From: the human T2T-CHM13v2.0 reference genome, Homo sapiens
Assembly (NCBI RefSeq): GCF_009914755.1
Contig: NC_060940.1
Length of the DNA stretch: 64,000 nt
Strand: one strand, 5' to 3'
Position numbers and translations under genes: made by a program. Positions within the stretch are counted from its first letter, which is position 1; each line of letters starts with the position of its first letter. Below the pieces are notes generated by a model, which ran no database searches, was not told where the DNA came from, and saw nothing but the letters and a program-made list of their open reading frames with translations. This document shows, piece after piece, positions 53,040 through 64,000 of this stretch.

Positions 53040-54140
53040 TTTGTTCATTAGACAAACATTTATTAGGTACTTACAAAGTGCCCAGCATTGTTTTTGGTGC
53101 TGGAGATTGATCAGTGAATAAGCAGACAAGAATCTGCTCTCATGACAAACAGATAATACTCATAAACCAATCAGGTAAACAAGTATAAGGACTGTGAAGA
53201 AATACAGGACCGGGCAGTGGGATAGGGTGTGCTTGGGGAAGGGCTATTTTAGAATTTGTGGTCAGAGGAGGCCTTTCTGAGAAGGGGACTTTGGAGTCCT
53301 GAAGGTGAATAGGAGCCAGCCCTGGGAATATCTGGGGGAAACATTTCCAGGCAGAAGGAGCAGTCAGTCTGAAGATCCTCAGGCAGGCATGGGTTTGGTG
53401 CATTTGGGAACAGAAAGATCACTGGTGTGGCTAGGGTGAACCGATCAGGGGCGTGAGGATGGAGGATGTCACGAGTAAGAGGGGAAGGCAAGACCAGACT
53501 CTATTGGGCCTGGCGGGCCTGAGTAAAGAGTTTGAATTTTACTCGAGTGTAATAGGATGTCATTGGAGGGTTTTCCATAGGAAAATGACACGATCTGAGT
53601 TACGTGTTTAAAGCATCACTTTGACCACTGTATTAGTTTCCTGGGGTTGCCGGAACAAAAAATACTTTAATCCGCACATTGACTAGGTGGCTGAAACAAT
53701 AGCAATTATTTTTCCACAGTTCTGGAGGTCAGAAGTCTAAAATCAAAAGGTCAGCAGAGTTGGTTCCTTCTGGAGCCTCTGAGGGAGAAGCTGTTTTATG
53801 CCTCTCTTCTCGTTTCTGGCAGTTGTTGGAAATTCTTAGCATCTCCTGGGTTGTAGTTGTACCACTCTAGTCTCTGACTTCATCTTCACATGGCCTTTTC
53901 CTCTTTGTGCCTTGCCCCTTCTCTTGTGAGCTCACTTATGACCAGATTTAGGGCCCACTCTAATTAAGGATATTATCTCGAGGTTCTTAATTATGTCTGC
54001 CAAGATATTTTTTCGAAACACGGTCACATTCACAAGTTTCAGGTGGACGTATCTCTTAGGAGGTCAACATTCAGCTCTACTATCACTACTATGTAGAACA
54101 TGGATTTAGGGTAAAACTGGAAGCAAGAAAACAGCTTAAG
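53040..54140 (-). mobile_element. L2 (well preserved) split by MLT1
   Basis: caaacatttattaggtacttac...acatttccaggcagaaggagcag...gtttaaagcatcactttgacc. Confidence 0.85.
53629..54085 (-). mobile_element. MLT1C-like LTR
   Basis: tgtattagtttcctgggg...cacagttctggaggtcagaagtc...cattcagctctacta. Confidence 0.85.
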
Positions 54141-54169
54141 CCAGAGGCCCCAGAAACTGGGACTGGGAA

Positions 54170-54385
54170 GTTGCTGGAGCAGGTGTGAATACCAGCTCCA
54201 CCTTTTAGTAGCCAGGGGACCTTAAGTCACCTCCATGAAGGTGCTGCTGAGTCTTGATTCTTTCTTTGGATAAATAGGAATAATAATAATTCCTACCATA
54301 TAGGATGGCAGGAAGATTAAATGAATTCATACATGGTGATTAGCATCATCTCAGGCCACAGGAATGGCTCAGGAAAATGTTATTG
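54170..54385 (+). mobile_element. MIR
   Basis: aaataggaataataataattcctaccatataggat...aagattaaatga. Confidence 0.65.
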
Positions 54386-54564
54386 GCTTTTGATATTGTT
54401 AAATGTTAACAGGACAGTCAGCCTGGTAAAGTGATCTTGTGACTAGGAGCTGGGTGGTTTTGATGTGAATTGTGGGAGCAATGAGATCAGATTTTGGCCA
54501 TTTTGGGTTTGATCTGCTGGCTGTGTGGGCAGTGGTAGTGGCAGGGGTTCCTGGGCAGGAAGGA

Positions 54565-54596
54565 TGCTAACAGAGAAGAGAACCAGTAATGGATTA

Positions 54597-54650
<54 letters not shown>

Positions 54651-54998
54651 ACACACACATACACATACACACACACACACATTCATGTTGTGGAGGCTGG
54701 TAAGTCTAAAATCCACAGGGCAGGCCCTCAGGCTGTGTACTCTCCAGCGGGAGATGATTTTGCAGTCCACAGATGGGATTTCTTCTTCCTCTGGGAAACC
54801 TCAATTTTGTTCTTAAGGCCTTTCAACCAATTGGATGAAGTTCACCAAGATTATCAAGAATAATCTCTTTTACTTAAAGTCAACTGGTTGCAGATCTTAA
54901 CCAAGTCTTCATATCACCTTCCCATCAACATCTGGACTAGTGTTCAATTGAATAACTGGGTCCTATAGCCTGACCAAGTTAACACATAAAACTATCAC
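54565..54998 (-). mobile_element. MLT2 (MLT2D-like) LTR containing a (CA)n microsatellite at 54599-54681
   Basis: tggaggctggtaagtctaaaatcc...cttaaagtcaactg...ccaagttaacacataaaactatcaca. Confidence 0.85.
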
Positions 54999-55704
54999 AA
55001 GCGGTAACCCTGCAATGAAGTCCATATCCTGGGGTGAGGCTGGTGCTTTGAGGGAGAGTGGGCCAGAAGGAATGCAGACAAATGATGGGCAGAGCCTTAG
55101 CAGACACTCTGGGTGTTCCTGAAAGAAGTGGAGCTTCCGGTAAGTGGGTGGGAGCCCCGGGAATAGACCATAGGGTGAGTGGAAGGCCATCAGCTGGCCA
55201 GCTTAGGTGGCAGAGTAGGCAGTGAGGGTAGTGGATATTTGTGGCACTCTTCTCATTCCTAGGAGACCCATCCTGGAGAAACTGGAATGTTATGGCAGGA
55301 GTTGGACCTGGGACCAAGACTGGAGATGCCTCTTGATGATATCTGGGCCTTGGAAGAAGGAAAGAGTCCAGGCTGGGAAGCAGGCAGGCTTTGGCAATGG
55401 TGATTTCAGAATCCTTCCTCAATATTCATAATTGTAAGGCTAGGTTAGTGTTGGTGTAGCTTCCTACTGTCCAGAGTTGCAAAGTCCAGTCTTGACCAAT
55501 GTCCTGTAGAGTGATTTTAATAAAGACCAAAAGGGAAAATGTTGACAAGTCATCTGATATTTGCTTGTAGAGCTTTCTGAAAAGCCACGATACCAAAAGG
55601 CCCTATAAGCAGCAGAAGAAAATGACAAAGGATTAAAAAAAAATTCCACTTATCCTCCAACTCAAAAGAATAGGCCCCAGCTTAAAGAATTATGATGGCT
55701 GTTG

Positions 55705-55950
55705 GGTATTGGAGACCTATTATGTGTCAGGATAGTGCTGAACAGTTTGCTTCCATTTTCTCATTTAATATTCACAACAACCCTGTGACATGGGTATGAC
55801 AATCTTTCCCATTCATACAAAGAAAAATTAAGTCCTGAGAGGCTAGCAAACTTACCCAAGACCATGCAGTTCCTATGTGGCAGAGCTAGGAGCTATTGGG
55901 AGCCAAAGCCATGTCAGTCTGACTCTAGAGCCTGTGCTCTTCACCATGTC
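55705..55950 (-). mobile_element. MIR
   Basis: tctcatttaatattcacaacaaccctgtga...cttacccaagacc...cagtctgactctagagcctgtgctctt. Confidence 0.85.
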
Positions 55951-56112
55951 ACCCATCCAAAACCCAGAAGAGTCAGCACTTTGAGAAACATACTGAAGCC
56001 AACTAAAAGGGGCTCTTCACTTGCATTTCGGGAAAAAAGTGGATGAACAGAGGACTGCTTGCGTGAAGTTTTAACAGTTGAGAGAGAAAGCAGCGCTGCT
56101 TAATTGCTGGTT

Positions 56113-56144
<32 letters not shown>

Positions 56145-56410
56145 AGCCAGAGTCTCACTGTCACTCAGGCTGGAGTGCAATGGTGCAACTTCAGCTTACT
56201 GTGGCCTCTACCTCCCAGGCTTAAGCGATTCTGCTGCCTCGGCCCCTGAGTAGCTGAGCCCACCACCATGCCTAGCTAATTTTTGTATTTTTAGTAGAGA
56301 TGGGGTTTCACCATGTTGACCAGGCTGGTCTTGAACTCAGACCTCAAGTGATCCACCCGCCTTAGCCTCCCAAAGTGCTGGGATTACAGGCATGAGCCAC
56401 CATGCCTGGC
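56113..56410 (-). mobile_element. Alu (J/S)
   Basis: Poly-T plus dimer; flanks ttaattgctg / ttgattgctg. Confidence 0.94.
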
Positions 56411-56894
56411 CTTGATTGCTGTTTAAATTCTGATTTTTCTAATGATCTTCCTGTGGGGAAAAATAGAGAAAAGGGGAGGGAATCTGGGTCCATCATAGGT
56501 GTGAAGGCAGGAGGCCATCACCAGTTCATAGAAACAAGCTTGGGTCTCCAGAATTAGATGAAATTTGTCTTGCGGGTCTGTTGGAAATTTTAAACGTAAA
56601 ATCTATAGTGCTGGTTGCTATACAGGATACAGAGAGGCTACTTTTGAACCTTCTCCTTCCCTTCTGTCTCATATCCGCTCCTTCTCAAGAAATTTATGAC
56701 AATCAGGAAGGCAGATTTTTTTTTCCTTTTCCAAATCTATTCCTTTGGCACAGGAAGAATATGTCAAACATGAAGAGTAGATATCACATATGTGGCAAAT
56801 TTATAATAAGCTTAGCATTGAAATGTCCCCTTTCCTCCCTCTTCTCTTTGTCCTTCTTATATTTGAGAACTGTTAATACCACCAACGCAATGGT

Positions 56895-57360
56895 GCATAC
56901 CAAAAATAATGCTGTGTAACTAACAAGAACAAATAAGCTTCTGTTGCTTGTGTGTCCTGAGTCAAGTGTGGGCAGTCCAGTGGCTCTGCTGATCTTGGCT
57001 AGGCTCACTCACAGGTCAGGGGTCGAGTGGGCATCGTTCATTTACAGTCTGGCTTATGCAAGGGGAAACCAAGACAACATGGCTGTTCTCATCCTAGAAG
57101 AGGATGATTGGTTTTTCATCCTAGCTTGCTAGTCCAGGCATATTCTCATAGCAGAGGCAGAGGTGCAGGAGGATAAGCAGAAAGAACAAGAATGTGAAGC
57201 TGGTATTCATATCCAGCACATAGCACTTCCACAGAATTCTGTTGGCCAAAGCAAGTCACAAGTTCAGCACAGACAAGAGGTAGGGAGGTAGGCTCCACCT
57301 CTGTAATAAGAGGAACTGAAAGTCACATGGGGCCAACTGCACAAAGGGGTCATGAATGTA
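56895..57360 (-). mobile_element. MLT1 (G/H/I-like) LTR
   Basis: aataatgctgtgtaac...ctgatcttggctaggctcactca...ttggccaaagcaagtcaca. Confidence 0.65.
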
Positions 57361-58069
57361 GCTGATCTTCCATAAGTACCTGCTGTGTTCCAAGCATTGC
57401 TTTGGGATTGTGACGATACATAGTCATGTCTCTGCACTTGAGGGTTTTCTAGTTTGGTGAGGCCATTTGGTGAGTCCATTTGCTGGGCTTGAATATGAAG
57501 TTTTGGTTAATGCATGAATTTCTGGCATGTTATTGCTTTATACTGGACATACCCTTCTTCCCATGTGCTGCTCAGTTTTATCTCTGTGGCTGGCTGTAGC
57601 AAACAGTTTTCCAAAGTAGAGAGCAAAAACCCTCTGAGACTTCTCCCAGTAAATATTACAGCTCAGCAACTGCCAGCCATTTGTCTCATTATTTTTCTTA
57701 GAACTGCCAGAGCAGAGAGGAATTCCTTGGTATATCTGAGTGGAGTTGCAGAGGTGAGAGAGTCGTAGGAAGAATTCCAGCAAGATGCAGCCAAAGTCAC
57801 TAACTCAGATCTATTTCCCCCAGAGATAGACCTGGTGAAGCACAACAGGAGATTCTCCCATGTTGTGTTTGCTTGATTCTCCCATGTTATGGGAGAATTT
57901 CATGGGAGATTCTCATGTTATGCTTGCTTGATTGAAATGCTATTGTTGGCAATGGTCATTGGAATTCTCTAAGAATAGCAACCCTGTCTGCTTACTCCTC
58001 TCTATTTGCCAAATGCCTAACACAGAGCCACATGGTTAGGCATTCTTTAAATATTTATTTGTTGAATAG

Positions 58070-58920
58070 AAAAAGGAGAGGTGACTGAAGACTGATAATA
58101 GACAGATTTTGAACTTTCCCAAAGAGAAGGAAGGTTCTTTTAGAAGTTATCGGCCAGTGAATTTGACACTAGTGAACGGTGCAGTCCCAGACTCAATTAT
58201 CAAACAGATGGCTTGTGAGGCAGTGGAAATGGGAGCTGGGATTACTGGGAGCCAGAATGGGTTCACCAAGAACTGGTCGTGTCAAACCAAATTTAATTCT
58301 TATGTGATCAGATTCTTGTACTCTTATAACAGCCTGGAGGCAGGATGTGCATGATATCCAGCAGGGCATCTGACAGCATCTTTCATAAAACCCCCATAGT
58401 TGGCAGGTGGAAATGTGGGCCCAGTTAGTTAGCAGGTTGATTTATAACTGGGTATTTAACTATATATGAAGATCTTCTACTAATGTCATTTTTTTTTTTC
58501 TGGAGGAAGGAAGGGAGTTTTCTCTACCTGTATATTGTGGGACCATCTTCTCCTTATCTTGCCTGTATTTACCAATAGTTATAATACAGATATATCAGTT
58601 AAGCCTGTTAAATTTTTAAATGATTCAGAGTTGAAAGGAAGAAACTTAAATGTTGGATGATGGAGTCATGATTCCGCATCATGTTGACAGACCAAGATGA
58701 TGGGTGGGGCTAAAAGATGAATTTTCATAGGAATAAATTCATAGCAGAGACTAGACATTGAAGAGTAATTTGCAAGGGTATGGGATAGCAGAGCCCCAGT
58801 TTAAGAGCACACAGTCAATTAGTGGATAAGAAGTCATATACATAAAGGGAATGAATAGAAGTATTATGTGAAGATCAAGGGAGAATATAGTCCCCCTGTC
58901 TCCTGAATTTATCAGATCAC
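58070..58920 (+). mobile_element. L3/CR1 LINE fossil (reverse-transcriptase region)
   Basis: ORF 58109-58354 has YRPVNLTL...SQNGFTKNWSCQTK, resembling CR1 NYRPVSLTS...QHGFTKGKSCLTN. Confidence 0.8.
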
Positions 58921-59514
58921 ACTATTCAATAAAACATTTATTAAGTACCTCTCTGTATCAAAGTCTTAGCCAGGCACTTTCCTTGTTAAATAAATTAGTG
59001 TGAGTTCCAAGGAATTCCTCCCTCTCAGTTGCTACACAAAACATATCAAAAAGCCCCTGGTTTAGAGCTGGGCACTCAGCAGGTGCTATATAAATGCCAA
59101 GATCACACTATGACCCACAGCTTTATTTATAGCCTGTGGGGTCAACTTCCCTTTCACTCTTTCACCATTTCTAACCTCAAACCTCTTATTACAAGTGAGT
59201 GGATTTGTTTTGAATTTCTTCATTTATTAAACAGCATTCTTTTAATGGCTCATTTGATAGCATGAGGGCTCTGTGTGTCTATTCCTGTTTATCCTTTCAT
59301 CTCTTTCTTTGGATGGTGGTTCCATTCTCTCGTACTACAGACAACTTTCCCCATATTTTTGCAGGAAATGACCAGAAGTAGCTCAAGATGATATTATCCT
59401 TTTTGGTGTTCATATATCAGAGGAAGCTCTGATGGGCCTGACTTAGGTCATAGGTCATATGGTCACTCTTGGACTGGCCACTTCTGGGTATTGGTGTTCA
59501 CTACTATGGTGGCA

Positions 59515-59560
59515 GTGTGTGTGTGTGTGTGTGTATGTGTGTGTGTGTGTGCATGTGTGT
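59515..59560. repeat. Interrupted (TG)n
   Basis: Seen directly. Confidence 0.95.
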
Positions 59561-61034
59561 TGGGCAGGGGCTGTCTGTGAATAGCAAGTTTAGCCCCATG
59601 TAAACCACATGGAATAATTTCCCACAGAGAAGAAAAGGGTTTTATAAGCAAAGTATTGCGTAAAGTACACTAGAGAAGCATGTAATAGATATTTATAAAC
59701 TCCCTTTTTCCTGAAGAAATGGCTAGAGTATAGGGAGGAAGAGGGAGAAGAAAGATGGCTGTGGGGCCCCTTCATCTCCCAGTACATTAACCAGCTCCTG
59801 AATTAAGGGAGGAGAAGTGGTTGTGATCCCTTTTGATCAATCATTATTTTAAAATCAAAGCAGAGGACTGCTTTGGTTTCAGGCTGAGATATGCTGCTGC
59901 CTTTTCTCCCCATTGGAGTTTGGGGTTTGTGCTTTCTGCTTATCTTTTCCTATTGCTTGAATGTATGAAGGAATGTCCTGGGGAAGCTTGGAGTCCTCAG
60001 GTGAAAAGGCTTAATGAGGAACACAGTGACTGTGCCCTGACAATTTGTGAGGGAGTTTCTGTATCTGTCCTGCGGATGGTCCAGAGAGAGTTAGGAAAAG
60101 ACACACTCATTTTCACCTCACCTCTATTTCTGTCTCTGTTGGCTGAGGCTGCTCATTTCTGAGGCTCCCATGGATCTGGGAAATGGGAACCTCCAGTCTC
60201 TCTTCCCCTCTGCTGATCAAGCAGCCGGAGGACCTGTCATGATGGTTACATACTCCCTGTGAACAGAGGGACAGGATAAATTCCTGGTTCTAGAGAATCT
60301 GATGCTCAGACTAATTTGCACACTGGGATCCCGGAGGCCCTTCCATACTATCACATATTCTGCCTCTTGATTACCTGGGCTGACAAGGGAACGCTGGCAT
60401 GGGCACCCAACTAGGTCATTAATCTTGATGTCACCTGTTCGGCTGTGGACTTCACTCTGGGACTCAAGAGTTGTTTTCCAGAAGATTTTCAGCTCTAATT
60501 ATGTTTAATGGGACTTGTATTAGAAGAGGTAAGTTCTGTGAATGCTGTCAAGCCAGCTGGACTATGGTCAGAATTTATTCTGATATCAGAAAATTGGCCT
60601 TCAGTGAAAAGGTCACCACAGATTACACACAAAATAAGCGAGTCACAGGTGGTTTGGAGCAGTTATTTATACTCAAGCTTAGGTCCACAAATCCCGTCTT
60701 TTAATTTATTTTTTTCCTGCCTCCTTGAAAAACTTTACATCATTTGCCTTTCCATTTATCTATGAAATGTTAGGAGTGGAAATAAACAACAATCTACTAT
60801 AAATCCTAAGAACCCATCACACCCCACTGCCCCCAACCCTGGGGAGAAAACTATAGGGTTCGACGTTTTAATTTATTTTACCTAATGTAGATGTTATATA
60901 TAGATATATAATATTCATAAATTCATGTAAGTGCATAAAACATTCAGTCAATATATTACTATGTATGTGCATTTTAAAATATACTTCATATATGCAATAT
61001 GTATATTTTAAATATATGGCATATATTTTATCTC

Positions 61035-61130
61035 TTTGTAACCCTGTGAAATAGACATTATTATTCTCATTTTCATAGATGAAGAAACAGAAGAAATTAG
61101 GTAACTTTCCCAAGATTACCAGGTCAGTGA
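61035..61130 (-). mobile_element. MIR
   Basis: aaccctgtgaaatagacattattattctcattttcatagatgaagaaacaga. Confidence 0.8.
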
Positions 61131-62149
61131 GGTTCTCAGATGCAACTAATAGAAACCAACCCTGACCAAGCAGAAAATCAATTTGTCAATATGTTGTTGG
61201 GAAGTTTGAAGGATCTACGGGAGGGCTGGAACTACAGGTCTAGAAGCCGTACAGCCAAGAACACCACCACCAAAGACCCTACCACTGATGTCCCAGGTAT
61301 AGACCCTGAAGTGTGTCCTGCTCACAGCAAACAAGACAGAGCAAGCCTGGGTAACAGCAGCCTTGGGAAGATGGTGAAGCTGAGGCTGCCACCTTTGCCA
61401 GAATGGCTGCCACAAGTGCTGCTGCTTTGGCTTACCTGCTCCCATTGCTTCGTGGCAAGTGGGTGATGGGAGGAGTCTCGGCTATGTGCTGGACCCTCAC
61501 TGCAAGAGAGACTGGAAGGATTTTCACTTCCTGATGTGTTAGGGGGCTCTTCAACACTGGACAGCCAAATAAGAATGATAGATGTCCTGTGTGTCTCACA
61601 ACCAGGGTAGGTGGAACTGGGCTTTGGTGCCGGCTTTGTTTAGCCACAAAGATTTGTTTTACTACCCCTTACAGCAGTTCTTGGAGGAACCCAGCAGCCA
61701 GCTTGGCATCTGAGAGTGATTTCAGGCTTCTAGCTGATCCTAGCTGGGCCCAGCCTCCCCAAAACACATGTCTGAGCAGTTTTTATTTTGAAAGAAAGAC
61801 AGCTTTATAAATGGAAATAAAAATGGGCCTGAAACACCAATTTTGAAACTTAGGGAAAGTACAAGGTTATAGTATAGTCAGTTGTTAGAGAGTCACTATG
61901 ATATAATCAACAACAACAACAAAAATGTGCAAATAATGCTGGGGTGAGAACTATGAGATTTTCTGGCTTGTGAGAAAGTGGAACATCACAGATGTCCTTG
62001 ATGAAAACAGATCCGTGAAATCATCTAAGTGTTTTAAATTTTGTCAACCACACAGGTACGGCATGAGCGTGTTTTTTCAAAGATTCCTAGTAAGTCTCCA
62101 GTTACCTTGAGCATCACCAGCCATCTCCAGAGAATTCTTCCATATAAGA

Positions 62150-62770
62150 AGCTGCCACTCTTTTGAATTTAGTCTAGATCCCTTTAAACTAGAAACATCT
62201 GTGTGTTTTTAACCCATAGAATTGTATCATACAAAATGAGTAGTCGTATTTACTGTCTGTGCATTTCCTTCAGCACTGTGTCTTAGAGACTTTACGTGTT
62301 GGGACCAACAAACCTACCTTACTGGTTTACGTACTGCATAGAATTTCATTATACAATCGCATAGGACAGCTTGCTCCAACAGTTCCCTATTGATATAGGA
62401 TTTTTTTTTTGCCTTGAAAACAATGTTCCATTGAATGTACTTGAATATGTCTTTTTTGTACTATGAGTGTTTTCTCCAAAGTGGCTACAAAGAAGTGGAG
62501 TCACTGAGTCACAGGGGATGCACATTTAAACATTAATGGCACCAGCAAATTGCCCTTGAAAGGGCCTGAGCCAAATTATGATACCACTTGTAGTTCAGAG
62601 AGAAGCCATTTTCCCACATCAACATTAGCACACTTCTTAATTTTTGCCCATGTGAAGTGCTTTTTAATTTGTATGTCCCTGAGTGCTGGTGATGATGAAC
62701 ATCTTTGTGTTTATTTGTTGGCCATTTGTATTTTTAATTTCATGTATGCCCTATTCTTATTCTTCCTCAT
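62150..62770 (-). mobile_element. Old L1 (L1ME-like) fragment
   Basis: aagaagtggagtcactgagtcacagggg...tttatttgttggccatttgtat. Confidence 0.65.
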
Positions 62771-63229
62771 CAGTATCCTCTTGCATTTCATTTCTGAACT
62801 CCTGAGCACGGGTATAGTCTGTCTTGTTCCTTATTGCATCTCTTGTGCCCAGTCCAATATGTGTCATGAAATAACTGCACAAACAATTGTGAAATGATCC
62901 AAGTTATCACCACCTCTAACCTAAGCACGGTTTTTCAGTCTTCAGTCAAGACACAATCTGAAATCTCCTTCCTGGGAGTGAGCCTTAAAGCAAAGTATTA
63001 GACCTTTTAAAGAAAAATCAGACCCCAGTCACTTTGGCTAACAGGTGGTTGGTTGTCCTAGAATGCTAGGTCAAAGCCCTCCAGGCACCCTAGAATTCAC
63101 CCAAGCTGTATTCTAGTAAATCAGGGCCTGCAGAAGTTATTACTTTGACTATGTCTTTTGTCTGACCAAGACCAGCCATGCATTCAACAAAATGTGTCCA
63201 CCTAATATGTGCTTCTGGGGGGTAGTTAT

Positions 63230-63397
63230 TAGCATTTGAAAACTAAAAGATTTCACATAAATGTCCAGATTTCTGACTTTCCATGACAAACTATAGACCC
63301 AGAGACACCAGGGTTTTTAGAAGAGGGAGATTCTCTCCAGTCTATCATCATCCCTGACTACGTGGGTTCTGGAGACATTTGAATTTGCACCCTCTGG
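63230..63397. mobile_element. MER102-like hAT fragment
   Basis: aagatttcacataaatgtccagatttctgactt...catttgaatttgcaccctctg. Confidence 0.5.
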
Positions 63398-64000
63398 TTT
63401 ACAATACAGTTAGAGATAAAAGTAAACCTGTGAAAAAAAAGAAGAGAAATCCTGCAATACAAAGCAGTGTGTGGTAATATACCAAGTAGGTGATATCATA
63501 TGGATTTCCAGAAGAATTCTGAGAAAGGGAAGGGCCTTGAAGGCTGAGGTAGTCACAGTAGATATGTTGTGTATTAGCTGGGCCTTAAAGGATGGGCAGA
63601 CATTGCTGGGTGAGGGTAGGGTAAGAATGAAAGAAGGTCAAAGGGAACATTCCTACTGCTCATGAATGGTCTTGAAACCTGAAAAGCCGAGTGAAAATTT
63701 TGTTTGCATTTTCCCTCTGAAGACAGGATTCAATGCTTCCAGCAGATTCTTAAAAGAATTAATGACCCCCTCACCTCCACAAATGGGGAAAATCACTGGT
63801 AGAGGGAGACATTGAGAGCTAAAGTTAGTGATGTGATCTGGGAACTGGCATAGAGGGGCTTGGCTGCCCAGCTGAAGAGTTTTGGCTACATTTCACCCAC
63901 CTGCAGCTGCAGAAGCCTGTAGCTGACAAGGAGTCTTTGAATGCAACCCAGAGGGAGATATAAGCTTCCCTGGGGATGTCATAATTGCTACCATTTACTG

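Noticed and set aside
54443-54863. (CV)n and (HT)n ORFs
   Set aside because: (CA)n microsatellite inside MLT2.

Overview
Primate, probably human, nuclear DNA with no supportable protein-coding gene, RNA gene or CpG island. Much of it is a mosaic of interspersed repeats: 10 Alus, L1MC/L1PB/L1MB/L1ME, many L2 and MIR fragments, an L3/CR1 fossil, MaLR/ERV solo LTRs and hAT/mariner DNA elements. Repeat families were assigned from remembered consensus motifs, so subfamily names and many boundaries are approximate. The most striking structure is a near-perfect 14 x 102-bp minisatellite (51457-52884). It contains four identical 306-bp higher-order units and is stop-free in three of six frames. A second theme is several locally templated inverted duplications or fold-backs (4.6-5.9 kb, 14.65 kb, 20.4 kb, 28.2-28.5 kb, 51.2 kb, 57.9 kb). 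Repeat strand bias and a few good + strand splice-site pairs suggest, without proving it, that the window lies in a + strand intron or lncRNA. I could not identify the locus.
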